A stretch of DNA of 63,853 nucleotides, counting the filler, from Reclinomonas americana ATCC 50394 (taxonomy: Eukaryota), in assembly GCA_048213135.1 (NCBI GenBank). It is 20 parts of 20 records of this genome, joined end to end, with 100 filler letters (N's around TTAATTAATTAA, not from the genome) between each part and the next. Parts side by side here need not be neighbours in the genome. Positions count along the whole stretch, not along the records: positions 35,224 to 41,450 come from AFZH01024279.1; positions 41,551 to 43,238 come from AFZH01024280.1; positions 43,339 to 45,016 come from AFZH01024281.1; positions 45,117 to 46,312 come from AFZH01024282.1; positions 46,413 to 48,392 come from AFZH01024283.1; positions 48,493 to 49,816 come from AFZH01024284.1; 14 more parts are not named here. One strand, written 5' to 3'. Made by a program: the position numbers and the translations under genes. The notes below the pieces were generated by a model. The model was not told the origin of the DNA. It did not search any database and was given only the letters and a program-made list of their open reading frames with translations. How positions within the stretch are numbered: position 1 is the stretch's first letter; every line of letters begins with the position of its first letter. Of this stretch, positions 37,499-48,895 are shown in pieces.

Positions 37499-40400
37499 AT
37501 GGAGCAGGCGAGTGGTGGCGCTGTCAAGTCGCGCTTTGCGCAGTTGATGGAGATGTTGCAGGCGGCGGGGCTGCGTGGACTGGACGCCATTCATCCTGCG
37601 CATCGTGTGCCACAGACCAAGTGTGCGTTCTCTCACTCTCTCACTCTCACACACACTCTCTATGTGGTGCTTGCTTGTGTGCGTGTGTGTTGTGTGCTCT
37701 GGGGCACTCACTCGCGCAACGTGCAGTCTTGGTCGACTGCTTCACCGCGCGGAGATTGGCGATGGAGGGCGGATGTCAATCGTACTTTCTCAGGTCCGCT
37801 CGTGCGTCTTCTCTCGCCCTGCACTTGTGTTTCACTCACTCGTGCTGACACAGTCACTTTCATGCGGATCACTATGGTGTGGTGTGGAGTGTGCTCTCTG
37901 TCTTTCAGTCTTTGCCTGCTCATCGCTCGGAGCACAGGTGGATTGGATCGCAACTTTAATCGCGGAACGATCTGTTGCGTGCCTGCCACAGCTGTCTCAC
38001 TGATGTATGACACACCGCTCACTGCCTCGGCAGATTGCTCCGAGGTCGGCACCGTCGATGAGTTGTCATTGTTGACTGTCAACTGACTCTTTTATGACAG
38101 GAGACGGCCAGTCTGTGCAGGCTGAAGCTGGGCGTAGACGAGGCGTTTCTGTTTCCGATGAAAAGTTTTGTGTGCTGCGTGGTGGCTGCGTCGTTGTTGT
38201 GATGTGCTGCTGCTCACGGCCGCGTGTGCAGTTGGAGGCGTGTACACGGTGGATGGCGTGCGTGGTACGTCGGTGTTGTCTTGCATGGTGGATGACAACA
38301 ATGGTGTGACGCTTTGCCTCCGGCACACACAGTGGAGCTGCTCGATGCGAATCATTGCCCCGGCAGTGTCATGTTTCTGTTCACCTTGGCCGATGGAACC
38401 ACGGTTCTGCACTCTGGTTGCGTCTGTGTTGCATGTTGTGTGCAGCACTCTCTCCCGTCCGCGCTGATGCTGCTGTCCCCCACCACAGGCGATTGTCGTT
38501 TCCACGAGCGCATGAAGTCTTTCGAGGCGTTGAAGAGACCACTGGATTGTTGCGTTGTGTATGCTGCAATAGCAAGAGAAACCATGTTCTGCCTTGATTT
38601 TATCTCGCCACACATGGCGGTCTTGATTGAAGATGATGCTGTTCTTCGTCGCTGACACGCTGTCGCCGTGCAGATCTGTACCTCGACACCACGTACTGTT
38701 CTCCGCGGTGAGTGATTATCGATGTCTCGCGTGACACCTCGCTGTCGATCTCTCACGCAGGGTTGAGAGCAGATACAAGTTCCCGTTGCAGGAGGAGGTC
38801 GTCGAGTTCATTGCTCGCATCGTGCACGATGAGGTGATTTGTGTTGCTATCTGTGAACGAACACGGTGACAACCGTGCTCACGATGTGCGTTGGCTGCAG
38901 TTGAGAAGGAGCGACAAGACATTGGTGCTGGTCGGCACATACCAGGTACATTCTTGAGTGATGTGTGTCGTCTCGATCCAGCCTCTCACCTCACCTTCCC
39001 CGCAAGATTGGCAAGGAGCGAGTTCTGGAGGCAGTGGCGCGCCGCTGCAACACTCTGGTGTACGTGGAACCGAAAAAGTCGCGTTCTTTGAGAGTTTGTG
39101 CACTCATACAGACTCCGTTGCTGACACGCTTATTGGCGTCCAGGTACCTCTCGTTCGCTCGCATGGTGAGCGTCACCAATGCTACACTTCCCACGACGAT
39201 GACTCGCCTCACTCGCCCTCCGTGTCGCAGGAGTTGCCATACTTGGAGATCTTCACCACCGACCCAACCAAGTCGCGCGTGCACATGTGCACGCTGTGGG
39301 AGATTGGCGTAGACAGTTGCGCGAATGCGCTGACTGCGTGGAAAGGGGAGGCTGCTGTACTCACACCGCATTTTGTCGCAGAGTTGGGAGAGACACTGCG
39401 TGAGCGATACGCCAAGTTGGGTTTCGAGAGGATTGTCGGCTTCCGGCCCACGGGGTGGACGTTTCGCGCCAATCGGGATCACACACGAACCGACCGTGGT
39501 CCGTGCACGGTCTATCTGGTGCCCTACAGTGAACATTCGAGCTTTGTCGAGCTGCAGGAGTTTGTGCGACATGTGCGACCGCGGTACCTGGTGCCCACCG
39601 TCGGCTGCAAGTCGGTGAACAATCTCAAAGTTGCGCCTTTGTGAGATAGGGAGAAGGAGGGTAAATGGTGTCGCTGACGGTCGATTCGCAGAATATCTTG
39701 AAGCACTTTCGCGACTGCGTTGGTGAGCAGTCGATTCGGAACAATCCGAGCTACTCGTGGCTGTTTGCCGCCGAGCCCAAGGAGACGGGTGGCAGCAAGA
39801 AGATCTTTTCGTTCTTCAAGGTGACGATGCCAAAAAGCAGCTTCTGACAGACAGACTCTCTCACCTTCCTCTCCACGCCACGCAGCCTGACCACAGCGCG
39901 GCGGTGAAAACGGAAAAAAAGCTGGAGCGAGTGGTCGACGACGAGGAGATCGAACTGGGTGTGGGGCGGCTGGCGGAAGTGGGGGACGTGGACGAGGAGG
40001 CGTTTTGTGCGCGGCGTTTCGACTTGTTTGACGAGGGCGACGGCGATGATGACTGGGTGCTGGACATGGGGGCTGATGATGATGACGAGACGCCACGTGA
40101 ACGAGCGGGAGTGAGCACCACCACCACCACAACCACCACCACCACCACAATGACGACGGGGACGACACCATCGCCAACCATTTGCCTCGATGAGGATGAC
40201 GACGACGACGAGCTTGAAGTGGTGGCTGTGACGACGGCGACGGTGGCGAGGAGGAGTAGTGGTGGATTGCAGCATCATTCGCAACCGGCCGACGACCAGG
40301 ATGCGACGACAGTTGCTGCGGCGGAGGTGGAGGTGGACTTGGACGGAGTGGACGTGGAGGAGCAGCGACGCATGTGGCGACAGCTGGTCGGATCCGGCTC

Positions 40401-40548
40401 GCGCAAGAGACAAGCCGATTCGCCACTGGCCTCACCCACCGCCGACGAGCCCGTGCTCAAACGCTCACGGAGCGCTCCATTACCGGGCGCCACGACGGTG
40501 CAAACCAACGTGCTGCAGTTCTTTGGACGGCCGCGAAGGAAAAAATGA
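37499..40548 (+). CDS. DCLRE1A: DNA cross-link repair SNM1/PSO2-family metallo-beta-lactamase/beta-CASP nuclease
   Basis: SHFHADHY, DANHCPGS, GDCR, YLDTTY, IGKER, FRPTGW, VPYSEHSSF, LVPTV; acidic C-terminal tail. Confidence 0.9.
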
Positions 40549-41970
40549 ACGAGAACTATGTCGACTGTCAGTCAACGGCATTCCGACAAATATGGAAAGC
40601 AGAAATGGCGGGAAAACCAGTCAGCAACGGTCGTCAAACAAAGCAAAACATGAACAAGGCACCAGAGAACAACAAAGGAGAGAGAAGAGAGAGAGAGTTG
40701 CTCTGCCCGTTCCCAAGCTCACCTTTCACCTGCAGGCATACAGTGCGTCGAACAAGAATTCGAAACAACACGATTGAGAACATGCGTGAGTATTGGTCAA
40801 ACTCGGAGACGGAGATCGTGGCCGCGCAACTTTTTTCCTATGAAAGAGAAACAGAGAGCACGTGAGTCACATGATGTATCAAAACGTCAAACCCCACGAA
40901 GACGTACATAAGTCTGGAGACACTTCGTGGTAAAAACCCTGCACGAGAAATTTCAGTGCAGGGCGGTCAACGCTCGCACGCGACCTTGACTTTTCGCCGC
41001 CAGTGTGTGACAGTCGGAACAAAACCCGCAGGCGAGGACTCGTGCTCGGCACTTGCTGCATGCAAGAGGATCGAGTGGGAGGGAAAAACAAAGGACAACA
41101 CAGATCATCAATTTTAGCATTGACAACGTACAGCGAAACACGCACAACCACTCACCAATGTGCCGGCCGGCCACTGCCGCTGCGTCACAAAAATAAAACA
41201 CACCGGCGTCGACGATTACTACCCCGAAAAGGCCGCCCTGCTCAAGGGAGCAGAGAGACGTCCGGAACAGCAGTGTCATAAAACCCAAACCCATAACAAG
41301 CGAAAGAAGAACACCGAGCACCACTCAAAAAGCAAACATAAAAGCTGGTGGTGCCACGGGGAGACTCACGTCGCACTTGCCACAGAAAACAATCAGGAGG
41401 TCAAGAGCATGTGCGGAAAGAGTCCAAGGCAATCAAACACACGCAAACACNNNNNNNNNNNNNNNNNNNNNNNNNNNNNNNNNNNNNNNNNNNNTTAATT
41501 AATTAANNNNNNNNNNNNNNNNNNNNNNNNNNNNNNNNNNNNNNNNNNNNTCTCTCTCTCTCACGCACCTCAGCACACAGTCGTAGCGCGCCGCCATGGT
41601 GATGGTGCTCGAGCAAGTCGCGCGCGCGGGACGGACTGCATTCGAGCGTGTCGTTGATGTGTCCAACGACGATTGACGCGAGTGGCCGCGGGCCGCGCGA
41701 ACACAGCTGGTGACCTACTACACCACATTCGCAGCGAGAGAGCCACGCGCACAGGGCACAATACATGAACCTGTGGAAAACACGCAACAAAAGGGACTTG
41801 GTACAAATGACAGGGTGCCACCACACGGTCAACACGAGTCGTACCTGCAGCACACCAAGCGGCGGCGGCGGCGGCGGCGACGCTCGCGCGTTGCGGCACG
41901 ACATTGGCAAAGCAGCAGGCCTGCATCACGTCGCCATCCATCACACCCGCAACAACATCTACCTCGTGTG

Positions 41971-43120
41971 TCACTTGTTCTTCCGCGGCCGCTTTTGCGG
42001 CGGTGCTCCTTCGACCGGAGCAGATCGGGGGTGCTTTCCACCCTGTCGGGGCGGAGTGCTAGCACGTGCCGATGCTGCAGCGCAACTTCCACCCTGCAGC
42101 TGGCGACGATTTCGGGGCGGAGCACGTTCCGATGCTGCAGCTGGTGCTGCCGGTGGCGGTGGAGGGGGAGGACTCATGGAGCCGTCCAGCATCTGATTCG
42201 CTGCTGCATCATCCCGCCGACTGCGCACACGAAGAGTGAGACGCAACGAATTATTCAGCATCGCAAGATCGCTCGACAGATAATTACAATATATAACTCA
42301 CCCAGGTGACAGTTGTCGATCGGCGTCGCCCATGGCCAGCAGAGACAGCTCCAGATCCATGGCCAGAGGCGAGAAGAAATCGAAGTCGGGGAAGGGTCGA
42401 TCGGCGTCGCTCGGCAGAGGCAAGGAGACGGGGAGTGGACGACGAGCTCGAGGGAGCGAGGAATCAATCTCCATGGCGGCGCTCCCAGCTGCTGCGGGCG
42501 CCGGCGGTGATGATTCCGATGTACGCTCAATGGCGACACAAGCGATGTTCTTCGTGGAGGAATCATCGCGCGCCACTTCGACATCGAAGAGCGGGCAGGC
42601 CGTGTTCAAGCACTTCATCTTCTTGGCACCGCCAGGGGCCGGGAAAAATGGTTCGCCACAGCTGCACAGGCGAGTTGTGTGCGCCTCAGAGCACTCCACA
42701 ATGACGATGGGGGCGATGCCCAACAGGGCGCGCTTCGCGTTGATCTTGTCAATCTGTGGAGAGTGTGGAGAGAAACACAACAACGGAGGGTTACTGACAT
42801 AGGGTAGAATTTCATACTACCTCGCAGTAACCCCACACAAACACAAACAAGTTCTCTCTCTCCCCTCTCTCTCTTCTCTCTAGATCTCTGTCTCTCTCTC
42901 TCTCATACACGCACGCACAAAACGTACCGCTTGTCGCAGACGATCAGCAAATCTGCCAAACGCGCCAAGAAGCAGAGACTTGGTCGTACCAGAGGTGAGA
43001 ACGCGAGTCCTCTCCTCGCAGGAGCCATCGTCGAACACTCGCAATGTGTGACGAGCCGCCATCGACTGTGTCGAGTCCGAGAAAGGCGGCAAGATGATGC
43101 ATGTGAAATGGGTCACCAGG
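41971..43120 (-). CDS. Fanzor2/TnpB-like RNA-guided nuclease homolog, last three exons (43120-42928, 42753-42302, 42220-41971), 5'-partial
   Basis: LVTHFTCIILPPF...VLTSGTTKSLLLGAFGRFADRL/...VECSEAHTTRLCSCG...CLNTAC...ARDDSSTKNI; canonical phase-compatible GT-AG introns. Confidence 0.75.
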
Positions 43121-43157
43121 CTGCAGCGTGCAAATAGTCAGCGCACACAACGAGAGG

Positions 43158-43202
<45 letters not shown>

Positions 43203-43338
43203 ACAATTGGATGAGCGAGGCATGATAGCTGTCTCTAANNNNNNNNNNNNNNNNNNNNNNNNNNNNNNNNNNNNNNNNNNNNTTAATTAATTAANNNNNN
43301 NNNNNNNNNNNNNNNNNNNNNNNNNNNNNNNNNNNNNN

Positions 43339-44800
43339 GCGCGCCGACCGGGGCCGGCCGGCCGGGAGCCTTGGTTGGTCGTGCCTTGCTCTTGGTAGGC
43401 GCAGGAGCGGGGGTCGTCTCGTTCTTCTCCTTCGGGAACATGGCACCGGAGAGAGTGCGATCCTCATTCTCTGCACGCAGCGAGCGGCAAAATGAGCCAT
43501 GACATTCCCGCAGCGGGCCCCGGGTGGTTGTCGTGGATCGATCACGCAACTTACGCTGTCGAGGGCGCGAAAAAGGCGGTCAGTGATGGCCACCAACGCA
43601 GTCTGCATGCGTTTGGCCTCTGTTGCGAAATCGGCGGCGGGGAGCCGTTGAATACGCGGTCGCCCAAACTCTGTGCGCGGAGTGTGAGATCAGAGTGTGA
43701 GCAGAAAATCAAAATGCAAGGCACAACGCACCAGTCTGAACCAACAATGCATCGCCTATCACGTCCAAGAGAAGACGAAACGAGTTGTGAGCGCGTGTGA
43801 AAGCCGCCACTGCTTTGCGTACTCTAGCATGCTCCGCGATGCCGGGGATTGCACGCAAGAATTGTCCAATCGCGGCCTCGTGATCGAGCTCGTCGTCGCC
43901 GTCGTCGACGCCACCATCTACGTAGCAGACAGCGAAAGCGAGGAAGAGAGCATTTCGCTGTGCGTTTCGCAGTAGTGCATCTAAAGAGTTCATGCATGAA
44001 TTCAAGATCTTAGAACGCGCACCGATCAGGAGGGGGGGGGAAAAAACAACACACCTCGCTCTGCTTGGTCGCCCGCTGAGAATGATCGCGAAGCAGCCGC
44101 AGTACGGTTGCCACTGAGGACGCTGAACACTCCGCATCGCCCAGAACCTGCAGGCGTGTGGAGAGCGAGAGTAAGAATCAGAGATTGAGACTGCCACGTC
44201 GACTACACTCTCCCCTCCTCATGCATGAGCTCACCGAGTCCGACCAACGTCGTGCGAAACTGAGCCAACGCATCGTCGATGTTGTCTGGTGTGCATTGTG
44301 GCTCTAGATCTCGCGCAGCAGCAGCGGCCCCAGCCTGCGGCGGCGCACCGCTGTCCGTACCGTTGATATGCTTGCGTAGGGACACAACAAGCTGGTCGGT
44401 GGCATCCGTGGCAGCACTCCAGATCGCTGGTGAAAGCACAAAAGTCGACGGTGGAGTGAGAGTGAGAACAAACGAGGCAAATAAATAAAAAAACACCGTG
44501 CTATGCGACATACGCTTCTCCTCGCTCTTCAATTGCGAGAACACAGCCTTGGCTGCGAGCAACTTGGTCACCTTGTGCACTGCCTTTGCACAATAGTTGG
44601 TGCAAGTAAAGCACCGCTCCAAGACCTGCGACGATCGCGGGGTGAAGTTCGTAAGTCATTTAATTTGTCCCTCACTTGTCACAAACAAGGCAAACAAATC
44701 CAGACTTCAGCCGCCAAGCACAAGGCCTTACGAGGCTGCAGCAGCTGGCCATGGCGTGCTCTGACTTCTCCTGCTGCATGTCTCCCAGTGCATGTGCGCG
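43339..44800 (-). CDS. Fragments of a multi-exon hypothetical eukaryotic gene
   Basis: Several - strand exons with GT-AG boundaries; no recognisable domain. Confidence 0.3.
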
Positions 44801-45116
44801 TATCTTTTCACCCATTTCTTTGTGCGCATGCGCGCTTGCGTTCTCTGTTGTGTGTGCATGTGTGTGCCCCTCTTGATTCAAACAGTTCATCACTCCTGAC
44901 AGGTTGTGTGGGAGTGTGTGCGTGAGACAGAGAGAGAGAGAGAGAGCAACGACAAAGAACGAGAAAGTTTGAAGACATTTCGAGCGTGCCATGTCCCAAC
45001 CCCCCTCTGATGTCTCNNNNNNNNNNNNNNNNNNNNNNNNNNNNNNNNNNNNNNNNNNNNTTAATTAATTAANNNNNNNNNNNNNNNNNNNNNNNNNNNN
45101 NNNNNNNNNNNNNNNN

Positions 45117-45470
45117 GCCACGCTCCCGTAGCCGCTCGGCGACGATGTCGTCGCGGGTCGGGACGCTGTCGAAGACTTTCGACCCCATAGAGGTGCGGAT
45201 GCCCGCCGTGGCGGTCAGGTCCTTCAGCGTATAGGGCACGCCATGCAAGGGGCGGAGATCGTCGCCGCGCGCCACCGCCTCGTCCGCGGCCTTGGCCTGT
45301 TTGCGCGCCAGCTCGGCCGTCACGGTCACGACTGCATTGATGCCGGGATTCAGCTGCTCGATCCGGGCCAGCGCCGCTTCGGTCGCCTCGCGGGAGCTGA
45401 TCAGCTTGCTGCGGATGCCCGCCGCCAACTCCCGGGCGCTCCACGAGCACAGATCGTTCCGATCGGTCAT
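45117..45470 (-). CDS. Amidase signature family protein, 3'-partial (bacterial)
   Basis: SARELAAGIRSKLISSREAT...INAVV...PLHGVPYTLKDL..TAGIRTSMGS; GGAG Shine-Dalgarno. Confidence 0.9.
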
Positions 45471-45538
45471 CCGAATAGTCTCCACTGCTCTACCCATTCC
45501 GAGCCGCCGGCATCTGAGATCCAGGCACCGGCGCTTCG

Positions 45539-45552
45539 CACAATCGATTGCA
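45539..45552. promoter_or_regulatory. LacI-family operator (CACAATCGATTGCA)
   Basis: Palindrome with central CG upstream of the amidase; matches sites at 47129, 47237, 48781. Confidence 0.7.
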
Positions 45553-45575
45553 GAAATAAACTCAAATCAGGCAAT

Positions 45576-46652
45576 TCATGCGGCGACGCGCACATCCTCC
45601 TCAGCCCCCCGGCGCTGGGGCTCGATGCCGAGCGTCCCGACGACGAGGATCATGATCATCAGCGCGCTCGCCATCAGCGCCAGCACGCCGCCGACCCCGT
45701 ATTGGCTGAACAACGGGCCGATGAAGAGCGGTACCACGATGCTGGCGCTGCGCCCCGCGGCATTGCACAGGCCGACCCCGCGCAGGCGGAAGGCGGTCGG
45801 GAACAGCTCCGGCACATAGATCGCGAACAGCGCGGCAACCAGCACATAGATCGGAATCGTGAGCAGGAAGCCGATGACAGCGGCCATTGTGGAGCTGGCC
45901 GACAGCCCGAACAGGACGCTGAGCACGATGGCGATGGCCGATGCGCCGATGATGGTGGGTTTGCGCCCGAAAGCATCCGCCGAGACTGCTCCGAGCGACG
46001 CCCCGATCGGGCCGCCAAGGGCCATCACCAGCGCAAAGCCGGTGCTGCGCGCGATGCTCTCGCCCTGCCCGACGAAGAAGGTCGGCAGCCAGGTGATGAA
46101 GCCGTAGATCAGCGTGTTCACCACCATCAGCGCGATGCAGCCGACGATGAGGCGCGTCAGATAGGGCCGGCGGAAGAGCTGGCCGGCACCGAGCGGGACC
46201 TCGTCCGTGGTTGATGCCTGCACCGGCGGCAGCGGTCCCATGGCGCTGGCGGACTGCTCGAGCTTCGCGACCAGCGCCTCGGCCTCCGCCTCGCGGCCGG
46301 CGGCGGCGAGCCNNNNNNNNNNNNNNNNNNNNNNNNNNNNNNNNNNNNNNNNNNNNTTAATTAATTAANNNNNNNNNNNNNNNNNNNNNNNNNNNNNNNN
46401 NNNNNNNNNNNNGCCCCAGAAACCGGTGAGGAGCGCGCCGAGCGTCATGCCGACGAAGGTCGCCGAAATGAACAGCCCGTTCTGCGCCAGTGTCGAGAAA
46501 CCCGATTTGTAGGCGGCGCCGAGCACGCTGGCCGCGATATAGATGTCGAAGCCTTCGAAGAACATGCCGACCGCGACGAGCCCGAAGATCTTGCGATGCA
46601 ACGGCGTGATCGGCAGCCGATCGAGCCTCGCCCCGATGGTGTTGACCGACAT
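45576..46652 (-). CDS. MFS transporter (sugar-porter/AAHS-like), spans spacer 46313-46412
   Basis: MSVNTIGARLDRLP, FFEGFD, DAFGRKP, YVPELFPTAFRLRGVG. Confidence 0.9.
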
Positions 46653-46714
46653 TGGCCTCCCTCCCTGTTATCTGGTGACGGGCGCCGGCCCGATGCTGGG
46701 GCCGGTCACGCGCG

Positions 46715-47101
46715 TCAGTCGACGACGGCGACGCCCTGGATTTCGATGAGCATGGTCGGGTCAGCGAAGCCGGTGACCGTGATCGCGGCGCTGGCCGGGA
46801 AGTCGGAGCCGAAGATCTCGGCGCGGATCTCGGTCATCCGCGTGGTGTGGCGCGGATCGGTCAGGAAGACCGTGACGGTGACGATGTCCTTCAGCGTGGC
46901 GCCGGCTTCCTTCAGCGTCGCCTCGATATTGCGGAAGGTCTGATAGGTCTGGGCCTCGAAATCGCCGGCGAGCGACTTGCCCTCGCTGTCCTTCTGGCCG
47001 GTATGGCCGGCGAACCAGACGGTGCGGCCGCCCTGCGTGATCACCGCCGGCGAGAAGGCGCGCGACTGCTGCCAGGTGCCGCGAACATAGGTCTTGGTCA
47101 T
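46715..47101 (-). CDS. RidA/YjgF/YER057c/UK114 family protein
   Basis: FSPAV, AGHTG, QTFRNIEATLKEAGATLKDIV, FPASA, IEIQGVAV; GAGG Shine-Dalgarno. Confidence 0.9.
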   Translation of the reverse strand: MTKTYVRGTWQQSRAFSPAVITQGGRTVWFAGHTGQKDSEGKSLAGDFEAQTYQTFRNIEATLKEAGATLKDIVTVTVFLTDPRHTTRMTEIRAEIFGSDFPASAAITVTGFADPTMLIEIQGVAVVD

Positions 47102-47128
47102 GATGTCCTCACTGTGGCTTTCGCTTCT

Positions 47129-47250
47129 TACAAACGATTGCAGAAGCATTTCTCATCGTCAAGCCCCTCTGCCGCTCCACAGCATGCACCTGCCTCAGGC
47201 CAGGCATGGACAGCACACAATCGGTGATGGCATAGTCGCAACCGATTGTA
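47129..47250. promoter_or_regulatory. Two LacI-family operators in the divergent ridA-lacI intergenic region
   Basis: TACAAACGATTGCA 47129-47142 and CGCAACCGATTGTA 47237-47250. Confidence 0.65.
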
Positions 47251-47317
47251 GAAAAATTGCAATCGCAGGCAGCTTCGGCTGCGCTGGTCTGCAACGCGAA
47301 TTCGGGCCGGTTCATCG

Positions 47318-48391
47318 GTGAAAGCGAAATTGTCCCAGCAGAGCCGCGGCGGCGGCCGGCGCCCGGTCACCATGAAGCAGGTGGCGGAGCTCGCAGGCGT
47401 CCACGTCTCCACCGTATCGCGCGCGCTCAATCCGGCAACGCGGCCGATGGTTGTGGCGGAGGCGGTCGCGCGCGTGATGAAGGCGGCCAACACCTTGGGT
47501 TATCGTCTCGACCCGGTCGCGGCCTCCTTGCGTACCGGGCGCTCGCGGCTCGTCGGTGTGCTGGTGCCGGATATCGCGACAAGCGTCTTCACGCCGATCC
47601 TCACCGGCGCGACGGCCCGGCTCTCGACTCATGGCTATTCGGCGATGGTGGCCTATGTCGGTGCCGATGCGAGACAGCAGCTCGATCTCGCTGGCGACCT
47701 GATCGCCCGCCGCGTCGACGGCCTGATCCTGGCCACGGTCAGCCTCGACGACCCGCTGGTCGGCTTCTGCCTCGCCGAAAAACTGCCGGCCGTGCTGGTC
47801 AACCGCGCCGAGAAGGAGGCCCGGGTGCCGGCCGTGGTCTCCGACGAGATGCGCGGCATGCAGCTCGCCATCGACCACCTCGTGGCGCTCGGGCACAGCC
47901 GGATCGGACATCTCGCCGGCCCGCAGCAGCATTCGACCGGCCTGCTGCGGCGGCAGGGCTTCCTGCAGGCGCTGGCCGCACACGGCCTTAAAGCGCATGG
48001 CCTGATCGAAGCCGGCACCTATACCCGCGAGGAAGGCGCACAGGCGGCGCAGCAGCTGATCGGCGGCCATCCCGAGATCACCGCCATCGTCGCCGCGAAC
48101 GACCTGCTCGCGCTCGGCGCCTACGATACGGTGCGCGAGCATGGGCTGACCTGCCCCGACGACATCGCCATCATCGGCCACAACGACATGCCCCTTGTCG
48201 ACCTCGTCCAGCCGCCGCTGACCACGATCCGCATCAGCCATGAGGAAATGGGCCGCCAGGCCGCCGATCTCCTGCAGCAGACCATCGAGTCCGCCGACAG
48301 CCCGGTCCGCAATGTCGTGCTGCCGCCGCGGCTGATCGTGCGGGGCTCGACCGCCGCACCGCGCAAGGGGCGCATCAAGAGCAAAGCCTGA
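47318..48391 (+). CDS. LacI-family transcriptional regulator
   Basis: VTMKQVAELAGVHVSTVSRALN HTH; ANDLLALG; PPLTTIR; LIVRGST. Confidence 0.95.
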   Translation: MKAKLSQQSRGGGRRPVTMKQVAELAGVHVSTVSRALNPATRPMVVAEAVARVMKAANTLGYRLDPVAASLRTGRSRLVGVLVPDIATSVFTPILTGATARLSTHGYSAMVAYVGADARQQLDLAGDLIARRVDGLILATVSLDDPLVGFCLAEKLPAVLVNRAEKEARVPAVVSDEMRGMQLAIDHLVALGHSRIGHLAGPQQHSTGLLRRQGFLQALAAHGLKAHGLIEAGTYTREEGAQAAQQLIGGHPEITAIVAANDLLALGAYDTVREHGLTCPDDIAIIGHNDMPLVDLVQPPLTTIRISHEEMGRQAADLLQQTIESADSPVRNVVLPPRLIVRGSTAAPRKGRIKSKA

Positions 48392-48492
48392 TNNNNNNNN
48401 NNNNNNNNNNNNNNNNNNNNNNNNNNNNNNNNNNNNTTAATTAATTAANNNNNNNNNNNNNNNNNNNNNNNNNNNNNNNNNNNNNNNNNNNN

Positions 48493-48720
48493 GCCGAGAG
48501 GCTCCTCGCCCTGCCCGCTGGCATAGGCGATCACATTGTCGATCGAGGAAAGCGCGATCGCAGCCGTTCCGGAATGCAGCGCGCGCGCCATGTGCCGCGA
48601 GTTCGGCGTCAAGGTCAGCGTCAGCTCCAGGCCCTGCTCCGCGAAGAAGCCGCGTGCCTGCCCCGCCCAGACCGGCCAGTTGGAAGCGCCGGCGAAGGCG
48701 ATGATGTCGAGCTTGGTCAT
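48493..48720 (-). CDS. ABC transporter substrate-binding protein (NMT1/TauA-like), 3'-partial
   Basis: NWPVWAGQARGFFAEQGLEL. Confidence 0.75.
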
Positions 48721-48780
48721 GATCTCCCGCCTTGGGCCACCAGTGGCCATGCGCTCGACGGCCGAGCACAAGACTCTTTC

Positions 48781-48794
48781 TGCAATCGATTGTA
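48781..48794. promoter_or_regulatory. LacI-family operator (TGCAATCGATTGTA)
   Basis: Near-perfect palindrome ~60 bp upstream of the SBP start codon. Confidence 0.7.
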
Positions 48795-48895
48795 AGAAAA
48801 ATCAAGCGAAGGGCCGCCGCCCATGCCCGGCAGGTCAAGGAGGAGCGCCCTCGCCTGGCCCGGCGCAGAAGGCGCAGCCTCGCCAGGCCATCGTT

